Shown: in pieces, positions 35,325 through 43,955 of the stretch
Position numbering within the stretch: position 1 is the stretch's first letter
How the letters are laid out: each line of letters opens with the position of its first letter
Source: an uncultured Clostridia bacterium
GTDB lineage: Bacteria > Bacillota > Clostridia > Christensenellales > UBA1242
NCBI GenBank assembly: GCA_934777505.1
Contig: CAKVNM010000001.1
Coordinates: 92,977-156,976, forward strand
Length of the DNA: 64,000 nucleotides
Reading direction: 5' to 3'
Program-made: the position numbers and the translations under genes
The notes under the pieces: generated by a model
The model's input: the letters and a program-made list of their open reading frames with translations, nothing else
Told to the model about the DNA's origin: nothing
Databases searched by the model: none

Positions 35325-36559
35325 AAAACACAAAGTTTGGACAAGTTTTGAGTGAAAGAAAACGCAAAGCAAGATGGTTGATACTCTTGCTTTATTTGAT
35401 ACTTGTTTTGCTGAGTGTTTTTTGTAGTAGTTTTCGTTCAAAAATGGTGCTGGCAGACACTGAAAATAGCACCATAACCGACCTTGAAGATAATGTGAAC
35501 GACCAGTTAAAAAACCTTGATTTTTCGGGCTTTGACGAGATTCTAAAACAACTTTCCAGTGGTGAAAAAGACATTTTTAGTAGCGATAGTTTTTTAGATA
35601 AGGTAAAAGCCATTTTATCGGGTCAAACGAGCATTGATTTTAGGTCAATTAGTAGTGCAATTTTTAGCCTTTTTTCTAACGATATTCTTCAAATTTTGCC
35701 TGTTATGTGTTTGATTATCGGCATTGGAATACTGTCGAGTATTATTTCTAACACGGGCTATTCAAAAGACAAATCTGTGGCGGATATTGTGCATTTTGTG
35801 TGTTATGGAACGATTGTTATGATAGTGTTTGCGAGCGTAAAAAATGTTATCACGCTATCATCAAACTCGCTTCTTAGTTTAAAGTCGCAAATGGAGATTA
35901 GTTTTCCAATTCTGCTTACTTTGATGACTTCTGTTGGTTCGGTTGTGTCGGTGGGAGTTTATCAGCCAACTGTGGCGATTTTATCGGGTACAATGATGAC
36001 AATATTTTCAAATTTTGTCATGCCACTATTTATTTTTTGTTTAGTGTTCAATGTGGCGGGCAACTTGTCCGACAATGTAAAACTCGGCAAATTTTCTAAC
36101 TTGTTTTTGTCCATTTACAAGTGGACGATAGGGCTGATATTTACTCTTTTTTCGGCGTTTTTAACCATTCAAGGCATAACTGCTGGAAGTTATGACGGAC
36201 TGTCGATTAGGACGACAAAGTACGCCATGAAAAGTTATATTCCTTTTGTTGGGTCGTATCTGTCGGATGGGTTAAACCTGATTTTAACAAGTAGTATTTT
36301 GATAAAAAACTCGGTGGGACTTGCGGGACTATTGCTGTTAGTTGCAACGGTCATAACGCCGATATCAAAAATACTTATTCTCAAACTTGCACTCAGTCTT
36401 TCGGCTAGTATTTTAGAGCCGATTTGTGATAAGAAAATTCCTAATTTTTTAACCAATATTTCAAAATGCCTATCAATGCTTATTGCAACAATTTGCGTGG
36501 CTGGATTTGCATATTTGATAACGATTGGACTTGTTATGTGCACAGGTAATATTATCTAA
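35321..36559 (+). CDS. spoIIIAE: Stage III sporulation protein AE
   Basis: 412-aa polytopic membrane protein. Operon position. Confidence 0.9.
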   Translation: MKNTKFGQVLSERKRKARWLILLLYLILVLLSVFCSSFRSKMVLADTENSTITDLEDNVNDQLKNLDFSGFDEILKQLSSGEKDIFSSDSFLDKVKAILSGQTSIDFRSISSAIFSLFSNDILQILPVMCLIIGIGILSSIISNTGYSKDKSVADIVHFVCYGTIVMIVFASVKNVITLSSNSLLSLKSQMEISFPILLTLMTSVGSVVSVGVYQPTVAILSGTMMTIFSNFVMPLFIFCLVFNVAGNLSDNVKLGKFSNLFLSIYKWTIGLIFTLFSAFLTIQGITAGSYDGLSIRTTKYAMKSYIPFVGSYLSDGLNLILTSSILIKNSVGLAGLLLLVATVITPISKILILKLALSLSASILEPICDKKIPNFLTNISKCLSMLIATICVAGFAYLITIGLVMCTGNII

Positions 36560-36571
36560 GGGAGAACGGCT

Positions 36572-37054
36572 ATGAACGAATATTTGCTTTCGATTATTGG
36601 AGTAGTGGTGCTGGGAGTGCTGGTTAGCATGGTGCTTCCGCAAGGACAAATGAGCAAGTATATCAAATCGTTTTTTGGACTGTTTACAATCCTTGTGATA
36701 ATTTCGCCAGTGCCAAAACTATTAAATTCCAACTTTGATTTTTCTTCGCTATTCTACAACAGCGTTAGCACAACAATCGACCAAGATTATCTGGAAGTAA
36801 CAAACAAAAAAATCGTAAAAGAACTTGAAAATCTAGTTGTCAAAAACTGCGAAAAATCGGGATATATGGGTGTTGTATGCGAAATAGAAAGTGTTTTGGA
36901 ATATAATGTTATGAGTATAAAAAAAGTTAGAATAAATTTGAAAAATTTAGTTATTAGCCAAAATATGGTGCATATAAATAAGTATACAGAAATTGTACAG
37001 GCTGTCAGGCAAGTTGTAAATGTTGACAAGGAGCAAATAGTATTCGATGAGTGA
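36572..37054 (+). CDS. spoIIIAF: Stage III sporulation protein AF
   Basis: 160 aa with two N-terminal TM helices. Operon position. Confidence 0.85.
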   Translation: MNEYLLSIIGVVVLGVLVSMVLPQGQMSKYIKSFFGLFTILVIISPVPKLLNSNFDFSSLFYNSVSTTIDQDYLEVTNKKIVKELENLVVKNCEKSGYMGVVCEIESVLEYNVMSIKKVRINLKNLVISQNMVHINKYTEIVQAVRQVVNVDKEQIVFDE

Positions 37055-37607
37055 CGAAAAAAAGCAAAAGGGACTGCTGAAATCTCTGGCGGATTTGCCG
37101 TTTATCAAAAAGTTAAAAAATGTTAAGCACATAGAGATTATTGTTCTTGTAATTTTCTTTTTGATAATGCTTTTGATTTGTTTTGGAAGCGGGGGATTAA
37201 CTTCGTCCACATCAAAGGTAGAATCAATTAGTTCTAGCAACTCAACAACTTACATCACAACAAAAGAGTATGTCAACTTTTTGGAAAACAAACTAACCGA
37301 CACTTTGTCTAATATGAAAGATGTTGGAAATGTCAGGGTTATGATTTCGGTTAACGGAAGCACGGAAATCGTGTTTGCAACCAATCAAACAACAACATCG
37401 TCTGGACAAAGTACTGAAACGGAAAATAAGATTGTGTTAGTTGACTCAAAGCCACTAATCGTTAGCGAAAAATTGCCCGAAATCAATGGAGTAGTTATCG
37501 TTAGTAGCGGAGCAAAAGATACGAAAGTCAGGCTTGATATAATTTCAGCCGTACAAACACTGCTAAATATAGAAGCAAACAAAATCCAAGTATTCGTTGG
37601 AAATTAA
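37047..37607 (+). CDS. spoIIIAG: Stage III sporulation protein AG
   Basis: 186 aa with an N-terminal TM helix and a ring-building-like C-terminal domain (VRVMISVNGS...VVIVSSG). Confidence 0.85.
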   Translation: MSDEKKQKGLLKSLADLPFIKKLKNVKHIEIIVLVIFFLIMLLICFGSGGLTSSTSKVESISSSNSTTYITTKEYVNFLENKLTDTLSNMKDVGNVRVMISVNGSTEIVFATNQTTTSSGQSTETENKIVLVDSKPLIVSEKLPEINGVVIVSSGAKDTKVRLDIISAVQTLLNIEANKIQVFVGN

Positions 37608-37622
37608 AAGGAGATATGATTT

Positions 37623-38096
37623 ATGTTATCAAAAAAGAAAAAGATTATCATTTTGTCTGTTATGGCAGTCCTTCTTGTTGTAACAGGTGTGCTTAATGTG
37701 GCACTAAACAAAGGAGTAGTTGAAACTGGCGGAAGCAATATCACATCGGCAAACTTTTTTGCAACATACAGAAGCGATAGGCAATCGGTTAGAAACGAAG
37801 AAATTAGTTATTATGACGCAATTATTGCAAGTGCAGAATCTAGTGCCGAAGCAAAGGCAAGTGCAGAAGCCAAAAAGCAGGAACTAATCAAGTGTATGGA
37901 AACAGAACTTGTAACCGAAGGATTAATCAAGGCAAAAGGATTTGAAGATGTTATTGTAACAAGCACTTCGTCAAATGTTAAAGTCGTTGTGAAGGCGGGA
38001 GAGTTAACCGCAAATCAGGTGGCTCAAATTGTCGATATTGTTATGGAACAAACAGGAATGGCGATAGATTACATCAAAATTCTTCCAGTTGAATAA
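37623..38096 (+). CDS. spoIIIAH: Stage III sporulation protein AH
   Basis: 157 aa with an N-terminal TM helix and a typical SpoIIIAH C-terminal domain. Confidence 0.85.
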   Translation: MLSKKKKIIILSVMAVLLVVTGVLNVALNKGVVETGGSNITSANFFATYRSDRQSVRNEEISYYDAIIASAESSAEAKASAEAKKQELIKCMETELVTEGLIKAKGFEDVIVTSTSSNVKVVVKAGELTANQVAQIVDIVMEQTGMAIDYIKILPVE

Positions 38097-38105
38097 AAAT
38101 TTTGT

Positions 38106-38135
38106 AAAAACTCATTGAGATAAAATGAGTTTTTT
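38106..38135 (+). terminator. Rho-independent terminator after spoIIIAH
   Basis: Stem AAACTCATT/AATGAGTTT, then T6 and ATTGC. Confidence 0.85.
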
Positions 38136-38188
38136 ATTGCTTAAATTTGTTTTAATGTGATATAATCTCTAAGTATAGGAGATTTTTC

Positions 38189-38572
38189 ATGGGATTAGAA
38201 CTAAATCAAGTGGCTTCCAAAAACAACAAGGGCAAAGTTTCTTGCAACAGAGATATTTTGCTTTCTATTGTTAGTCTTGCAACAAAAGAGATTACAGGTG
38301 TTTCTTGTCTTTGTGCAAATTTTGGAAACGGACTAAAGAAATTATTTTCAAACAACTATACTCAGGGAGTAAAAATAACAGAATCTGGCGACTCTATCAT
38401 GGTTGATATCTACATCAACATTTTGTTTGGCTATTCTGTTAGCGATGTTGCTTTTAGGGTTCAAGAAAATGTAAAAAATGGACTATCTGCCATGGTTGAC
38501 ATAAAGATTGATAGCATCAATGTTCATGTGCTTGGCGTGGACTTTAACAAAGAAGGAGAATCAGCAATCTAA
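38189..38572 (+). CDS. Asp23/Gls24 family envelope stress protein (YqhY-like)
   Basis: 127 aa of Asp23 family pattern. Lies upstream of nusB, as in Bacillus. Confidence 0.85.
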   Translation: MGLELNQVASKNNKGKVSCNRDILLSIVSLATKEITGVSCLCANFGNGLKKLFSNNYTQGVKITESGDSIMVDIYINILFGYSVSDVAFRVQENVKNGLSAMVDIKIDSINVHVLGVDFNKEGESAI

Positions 38573-38967
38573 TGAGCCGTATTAAAGCAAGAGAAAGTTG
38601 TTTTAAACTCATATTTGAATATGAGTTTTTAAAACAAAAAAATGAACTAACGCTTGATGAATTTTTGTCGAGCAAAGATATTGAACAAGAAGACGCGAAG
38701 TTCATTAACGAAGTCTATGACGGAATTTTGTCAAAGGAAGACGAGTTAAACGAACTTATCGCAAGCAAACTAAAAGGCTACACTTTGGAAAGAATTTTCA
38801 AGGTTGACCTTGCCATACTAAAACTTGCAATTTATGAAATCAAGTATTTGAACGAAAATCCTGCTGTGGTGATTAACGAAGCAGTGGAACTTGCTAAAAA
38901 GTACTCGACAGACAATAGTTACAAGTTTATCAACGGCGTTTTGGCAAATATTGTAAAGGGAGAATAA
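38572..38967 (+). CDS. nusB: Transcription antitermination factor NusB
   Basis: [18 protein letters not shown]-terminus. 131 aa. Confidence 0.9.
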   Translation: MSRIKARESCFKLIFEYEFLKQKNELTLDEFLSSKDIEQEDAKFINEVYDGILSKEDELNELIASKLKGYTLERIFKVDLAILKLAIYEIKYLNENPAVVINEAVELAKKYSTDNSYKFINGVLANIVKGE

Positions 38968-40086
38968 ATGGACGCACTTTCGGTTACAACAATTAGTTCG
39001 TACTTAAAGCAAATTTTGGATAACGACCAGTTGCTTTATAGAGTTAAAGTGTTTGGCGAAGTGTCCAGTTTTAATATCTCAAACAGAGTGGTATACTTTG
39101 GTCTTAAAGACGAAAATGCTCTATTAAATTGCGTTTCGTTTTATCCACAAGATTATGACAGCATAAAGATTGGCGACAAAGTTGTTGTTCAAGGCACGCC
39201 AAACTACTACATTAAGGGCGGAAGGCTATCTTTTAATGCTGATAAAATCGAACTTTTTGGAGAAGGCGAACTCTACAAAAACTTTTTGCTTTTAAAGCAA
39301 AAGTTGGAGAAAGAAGGGTTATTTGACCTTGAACGAAAAAAACCGTTTCCAGCAAAGATTAGCAAAATAGGAATTGTTACAAGCGAAACTGGCGCAGTTA
39401 TTCAAGATATTATCAATGTTTCAACAAGGCGAGATAGTCAAATAAACTTGGTGCTATTTCCAGTGAAAGTGCAAGGTGCACTTGCCGAAAACTCTATTGT
39501 TAGGGGCGTTAATTACTTTAATAACAGTGATGTTGATGCCATAATTGTTGCTCGTGGCGGTGGAAGTGAAGAAGATTTGATGCCGTTTAACACCGAAGCG
39601 GTGGCTAGAAGTGTTGCAGACTGCTCAAAGTTTGTTGTGAGTGCAGTAGGTCATGAAACAAACTATACTTTGGTTGATTTTGTTGCAGACCTTAGAGCCC
39701 CAACGCCGTCAGCGGCTGCGGAATTGCTTGTAAAAGAAAAAAAGTCATATATTCAAGATTTTGACAGACTATTTTCCAAACTTAATTACTTGATTGAGTC
39801 CAAACTAGTCAAGGTAGAAAACAGCGTGTTATCATACAAAAATATGCTAGATAATTTAACTCAATCAAGACTGATGAAAGAGCAGAGCAAACTACAACTA
39901 CTTGCTCAGGCGTTAAATCACAAAAACCCCTTGGAAATTTTAAGCCAAGGCTATTCCAAACTTGAAAAACAGGGCAAAAGAGTGGAGTCAATTAAAGATG
40001 TTATGATTGGGGACGAGATTGTTTGCAACCTAAAAGACGGGCAACTTGTATCGAGTGTTAAGGAGATAATAAAACATGAACTATGA
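38968..40086 (+). CDS. xseA: Exodeoxyribonuclease VII large subunit
   Basis: N-terminal OB fold and the ARGGGSEEDL motif. Confidence 0.95.
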   Translation: MDALSVTTISSYLKQILDNDQLLYRVKVFGEVSSFNISNRVVYFGLKDENALLNCVSFYPQDYDSIKIGDKVVVQGTPNYYIKGGRLSFNADKIELFGEGELYKNFLLLKQKLEKEGLFDLERKKPFPAKISKIGIVTSETGAVIQDIINVSTRRDSQINLVLFPVKVQGALAENSIVRGVNYFNNSDVDAIIVARGGGSEEDLMPFNTEAVARSVADCSKFVVSAVGHETNYTLVDFVADLRAPTPSAAAELLVKEKKSYIQDFDRLFSKLNYLIESKLVKVENSVLSYKNMLDNLTQSRLMKEQSKLQLLAQALNHKNPLEILSQGYSKLEKQGKRVESIKDVMIGDEIVCNLKDGQLVSSVKEIIKHEL

Positions 40087-40279
40087 TGAAAAAATAAAAC
40101 AGTTAGAGCAAATAGCAAGCGAACTTGAAAAAGATATTCCGCTAACCGAAGCACTCGAAAAATATAACAAAGGCGTTGCTTTGATTAAGGAATGTGTTGA
40201 AAGTTTGGACAGTGTTAAAGGCTCTATTACAAAGGTTAAACAAGACCTAGACAGTTACATAGAAGAAAAAATGAGATAA
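40076..40279 (+). CDS. xseB: Exodeoxyribonuclease VII small subunit
   Basis: 67-aa helical protein overlapping xseA. Confidence 0.9.
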   Translation: MNYDEKIKQLEQIASELEKDIPLTEALEKYNKGVALIKECVESLDSVKGSITKVKQDLDSYIEEKMR

Positions 40280-40291
40280 GGAAGACATAAA

Positions 40292-41728
40292 ATGGAAAAG
40301 AAAAATTTTGTAGAACAAATTGCAGATATCCACACAGATTTGCCACAGTGGTATACTGATGTTATTTTAAAAGCAGACCTTTGCGACTATGGTCCAGTAA
40401 AGGGAACAATGGTTATCAAACCTTATGGTTTTGCAATTTGGGAAAATATTAGAAATACGATGGATAGCGAGTTTAAAAAAGTAGGCGTCAAAAATGCTTA
40501 CTTCCCAATGCTTATTCCAGAAAGTTTCTTGAAAAAAGAAGCCGACCATGTTGAAGGCTTTGCACCAGAAGTTGCTGTTGTAACCTATGCCGGCGGACAA
40601 GAACTAGCCGAAAAACTTATCGTTCGTCCAACAAGCGAAACAATCATTTGCGAAATGTATGCAAAGTGGATTAAGTCATACAGGGATTTGCCAATGGTTA
40701 TGAATCAATGGTGTAATGTTGTTCGTTGGGAAAAAACAACAAGACCATTCCTTAGAACCAGCGAATTTTTGTGGCAGGAAGGTCACACTGTTCAAGCATC
40801 AGCATTGGACGCAAAAAACGATGCTTTCAAAATGCTTGAAATCTACAAAAAAGTGTGCAGAGAATTGCTTGCAATTCCAATGCTAAGTGGCAAAAAGAGT
40901 GACAGAGAAAAGTTTGCAGGTGCAAATTCAACTTATGGTATAGAAGCCGTTATGAAAGATGGAAAATGCTTGCAAAGTGGCACAACTCACGACCTTGGAC
41001 AAAACTTTGCCAAGGCTGCTGGAATAAAATTCCTTAACAAAAACGGCGAATGGGAATATGGTTATTCAACATCTTGGGGAATATCAACAAGACTTATTGG
41101 TGCGCTTATTATGACCCACGGAGATGAAAGGGGAATTAAACTCCCACCACGAGTTGCTCCAATTCAAGTTATCATTATTCCAGTTGCTCAACACAAAGAT
41201 GGCGTTTTGGAAAACGCTAACAAAATCAAAGAAAGATTGCTTGGTGCAAACATTAGGGTGGAACTTGACGACACAGATAGTTCTGCTGGCTGGAAATTTA
41301 GCGAATATGAAATGAAAGGTGTTCCACTTCGTTTGGAAGTTGGTCCAAGAGATATTGAAAACAAGGTTGTTACTTTGGTTAGACGAGATACTCATGAAAA
41401 AATTACTGTTAACATGGATGAACTCGAAACAAAAATTCCACAGTTACTTGAAGATATACAAGAAAATATGTACAATCAAGCAAAGGATTATGTTGACCAC
41501 TGCTCAGTTGATGTTAACAATATGCAAGAACTTGTTGACGCAATCAATAACCAAAAGGTTGCTATGGGCTATCACTGCTCAAACATTGAATGTGAAGAAC
41601 AAATAAAAGCAGAAACTGGAATTCAAACCAGAGTTATTATCAGCGAATGTGACGAAAACGATGACCATAAGTGTATTCACTGTGGCAAAAAAGCAAAGTA
41701 CAAAATCTATTTTGCTAAACAATATTAA
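40292..41728 (+). CDS. proS: Prolyl-tRNA synthetase, archaeal/eukaryote-like short type
   Basis: 478 aa with class II motifs, no bacterial INS editing domain, and a Cys-rich C-terminal domain. Confidence 0.95.
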   Translation: MEKKNFVEQIADIHTDLPQWYTDVILKADLCDYGPVKGTMVIKPYGFAIWENIRNTMDSEFKKVGVKNAYFPMLIPESFLKKEADHVEGFAPEVAVVTYAGGQELAEKLIVRPTSETIICEMYAKWIKSYRDLPMVMNQWCNVVRWEKTTRPFLRTSEFLWQEGHTVQASALDAKNDAFKMLEIYKKVCRELLAIPMLSGKKSDREKFAGANSTYGIEAVMKDGKCLQSGTTHDLGQNFAKAAGIKFLNKNGEWEYGYSTSWGISTRLIGALIMTHGDERGIKLPPRVAPIQVIIIPVAQHKDGVLENANKIKERLLGANIRVELDDTDSSAGWKFSEYEMKGVPLRLEVGPRDIENKVVTLVRRDTHEKITVNMDELETKIPQLLEDIQENMYNQAKDYVDHCSVDVNNMQELVDAINNQKVAMGYHCSNIECEEQIKAETGIQTRVIISECDENDDHKCIHCGKKAKYKIYFAKQY

Positions 41729-41788
41729 TATAAGAAGAGTGGGGAACTTATCTCACTTTTTTTGAATATTTTGATAAAAATAATTCTA

Positions 41789-41817
41789 TTGATTTTTGTA
41801 AAATAATATGATATAAT
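41789..41817 (+). promoter_or_regulatory. Sigma-A-type promoter upstream of the large RNA
   Basis: TTGATT, 17 nt, TGaTATAAT. Confidence 0.6.
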
Positions 41818-41823
41818 GTAAGC

Positions 41824-42400
41824 ACACTAAAAAAAGGAGCAGTATTCTAGTCGAAAAACTATGCTAGACGGTGATGAAACAAAGCACCATCGGGCACATC
41901 TGTGAAGTTTCTTGTGTTTGCCTTGGTTGCCCAAATCGGGGTTTATGCTGGAAGTTAAGATTCATGGGCTAGTTATAACGGCATATAGCGTTTAGACCCA
42001 TCTATCGTGGAGACCTAAAAGGTTGTTTAGTACAAGATTGTTGTAGCAGACAACTAATTAGGCGTGAACCTGCATTGCGGATTACAAAATGTCTGTGTGC
42101 AGAGTAGCCTGCTTTGAGTGAAACAAGCGGATTAAACATCAAAACCTACAAGTTTGTGGCCACAAATTTAAGGTTATCGGTTTATGAAACTTCTATTGCA
42201 AAAAAAGATAATATCATAGTAATTCGCCAAGGAAATCTTCTAGACTGTTTAATTTTAGGGATTATAGTGCAATCTAAGTGGCGATCTAGTGCTTTACATA
42301 TAGGCTTGGCTTTGAACGGAAACGGCTCGTTCGGTGACGGCGAGTAGTCAAGCGGGAAATCCTACTAGACCTAAGTTGCAAGGTTTATCTAAAATTTTTC
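41824..42400 (+). ncRNA. ole: Large structured non-coding RNA, candidate OLE RNA
   Basis: About 580 nt with no credible ORF. Visibly more GC-rich than its flanks, with many local helices (GTTGT..ACAAC, TTTGTGGCCACAAA, CTCG..CGAG, ATGGGCTA..TAGACCCAT). It has its own promoter and is followed by a 4-TM protein in the xseB...argR-recN neighbourhood described for OLE. The ends are approximate. Confidence 0.6.
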
Positions 42401-42444
42401 CTTTGAATAGGTGTGTTTTTTAAACTAAAAAATTTGAGGAGATT

Positions 42445-43071
42445 ATGAAAGACCCATTACCGAGTAACGAACTCGAAACAGAAGAATTAGAAAAAGAGCA
42501 GACTGCTCAGCAAAAGAAAAAACAAAAACCAAAGAAAAAGCAAAAGATTAGTTTTAAGTGGCCACTAGTTGTGTTAGTGCTAACTTTTACACTTAGTTTT
42601 GCATTTGGATTTGGTTCGCAATTTATTTTGAGCGGGGCGGGCATAGTGCTTTCCGTTGTGCTACTTGTTTTCTTTTTGCTTCTTGCAATGATAACCGATA
42701 TGATTGGTGTGGCTGCCACTTCGGTGGAGATTGAACCATTTAATGCAATGAGCGCAAAAAAGGTCAAGGGTGCAAAGGAGTGTATTTCGCTCATCAAAAA
42801 CGCAGACAAGGTTTCTAGTATATTTAATGATATCATTGGCGATATTTGTGGAATTTTGTCAGGTACAATCGGTGCAACGCTCAGTGTGCAAATTGTAAAT
42901 GGTCAGTTTTCTGGCATAAAAGAAGTTTTAATTGCATCACTAGTGAGTGCAGGGATTGCAGCGTTAACGGTGTTTTTGAAAGCAGTAGGCAAAAAGATTG
43001 CAATTAGCAAAGCACATAGCATTATATTTGCGTTTGGAAAATTTATAAGTTTCTTTAAGTTTGGAAAATAG
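42445..43071 (+). CDS. oapA: Four-TM membrane protein, candidate OLE-associated protein OapA
   Basis: 208 aa with a K/E-rich N-terminus and 4 predicted TM helices that carry Asp residues (ITDMIGVAA, IGDICGI). Lies immediately downstream of the RNA. Confidence 0.55.
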   Translation: MKDPLPSNELETEELEKEQTAQQKKKQKPKKKQKISFKWPLVVLVLTFTLSFAFGFGSQFILSGAGIVLSVVLLVFFLLLAMITDMIGVAATSVEIEPFNAMSAKKVKGAKECISLIKNADKVSSIFNDIIGDICGILSGTIGATLSVQIVNGQFSGIKEVLIASLVSAGIAALTVFLKAVGKKIAISKAHSIIFAFGKFISFFKFGK

Positions 43072-43076
43072 ATTTT

Positions 43077-43103
43077 AAGCCACTTAATTTGAGTGGCTTT
43101 TTT
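43077..43103 (+). terminator. Rho-independent terminator after the oapA-like gene
   Basis: Stem AGCCACT/AGTGGCT, then T6. Confidence 0.85.
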
Positions 43104-43140
43104 GTTGCTTTAAAATGGAGTGGTGTGCGGAGTGGTTTTA

Positions 43141-43179
43141 AAAAAATGGGTGACTTTTAAACTGAGTAACCCATTTTTT
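43141..43179. terminator. Second, bidirectional-type terminator hairpin
   Basis: A6-AATGGGT...ACCCATT-T6. Confidence 0.65.
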
Positions 43180-43295
43180 CATGCTTGCATAATATTATTT
43201 TATGGGGCATTTGATTGCCTTTTTGTATGCAATGCATATAAATTCAAGCCAAAATAAATATAAATTCATAACTATTTATATTTATGAAAAATTTG

Positions 43296-43311
43296 TTGCA
43301 TAAATATGCAA
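43296..43311. promoter_or_regulatory. ARG-box-like operator TTGCATAAATATGCAA
   Basis: TGCAT-N4-ATGCA has the same 5-4-5 geometry as the ARG box TGAAT-N4-ATTCA. It abuts the -35 of the argR promoter. Confidence 0.55.
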
Positions 43312-43318
43312 AAAGTCC

Positions 43319-43347
43319 TTGCATAATTATAAAATGTATTGTATAAT
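43319..43347 (+). promoter_or_regulatory. Sigma-A-type promoter of argR
   Basis: TTGCAT, 17 nt, TATAAT. Confidence 0.6.
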
Positions 43348-43361
43348 TATTTCGCAATCGA

Positions 43362-43389
43362 TGAATAAATATGAATGCATATTTATGCA
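43362..43389. promoter_or_regulatory. Tandem ARG boxes TGAATAAATATGAA + TGCATATTTATGCA in the argR leader
   Basis: Two contiguous 14-bp boxes downstream of the -10. The arrangement is typical of ArgR/AhrC operators. Confidence 0.55.
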
Positions 43390-43432
43390 AAGTGGCTACA
43401 ATGCCCGAAAATACGGAGGATTTTAAGATTTT

Positions 43433-43882
43433 ATGGCAAGGACAGCAAGACAAAATAAGATACTAGAAATCATTAAAAGTCAAGAAATTGAAACACAAGA
43501 CGAACTTGTTAATGCCTTGCGTGCTTTGAATTTTGATATCACCCAAGCAACAATTTCAAGAGATATCAAAGAACTTGGACTCATCAAAATCATGAGCGAC
43601 AGCAAAAAATACAAATATGCCTATGTCGACTCGTCCGAACAACAGATGTCCACAAAATATCTTGGAATTTTCAAAGAAAGCATTATCAGTATCAAGCCAA
43701 TACTCAATCAAGTTATTATCAAGACTCTAAAAGGCGTTTCAAGTGCAATCAGCAGTTTGATTGATAAAATGGGAATCAAACAAGTTCTTGGTTCGGTTTA
43801 TGGGGACGAAACTGTTTTGGTTATTTGCGAAAACGGTGACGATGCAAACTTTGTTAGCGAAAAAATTGGAGAGATGATTTAA
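43433..43882 (+). CDS. argR: Arginine repressor ArgR/AhrC
   Basis: RQNKILEIIKSQEIETQDELV...TQATISRDIKELGL wHTH and a C-terminal oligomerisation domain. Confidence 0.93.
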   Translation: MARTARQNKILEIIKSQEIETQDELVNALRALNFDITQATISRDIKELGLIKIMSDSKKYKYAYVDSSEQQMSTKYLGIFKESIISIKPILNQVIIKTLKGVSSAISSLIDKMGIKQVLGSVYGDETVLVICENGDDANFVSEKIGEMI

Positions 43883-43884
43883 TT

Positions 43885-43908
43885 AAAACAACCTATGGTT
43901 GTTTTTTT
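43885..43908 (+). terminator. Rho-independent terminator after argR
   Basis: Stem AACAACC/GGTTGTT, then T7 and ATTGC. Confidence 0.85.
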
Positions 43909-43920
43909 ATTGCTAATTGT

Positions 43921-43955
43921 TTGATTTTAGAACAGTTGTTTGATATAATAAAATT
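43921..43955 (+). promoter_or_regulatory. recN promoter (leaderless) with an embedded LexA box
   Basis: TTGATT, 17 nt, TGaTATAAT, 6 nt, then ATG at 43956. AGAACAGTTGTTTG (43929-43942) fills the spacer. Confidence 0.6.

Noticed and set aside
42114-42347. 77-aa ORF (TTG-type start) inside the large RNA region
   Set aside because: It has no SD and an odd composition. It lies entirely within a helix-rich, GC-enriched segment that is better explained as a structured RNA.
41824-42400. Alternative identities for the large RNA (RNase P RNA, tmRNA, SRP/6S RNA, group II intron)
   Set aside because: I could not find the RNase P GAGGAAAGTCC-type core, a tmRNA tag reading frame with a tRNA-like CCA end, the SRP domain IV motif, or a group II domain V. 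The size (about 580 nt) and the gene context also argue against them.
43244-43453. 69-aa minus-strand ORF in the argR upstream region
   Set aside because: It overlaps the argR promoter, the ARG boxes and the argR start on the opposite strand. It is an AT-rich, low-complexity translation.
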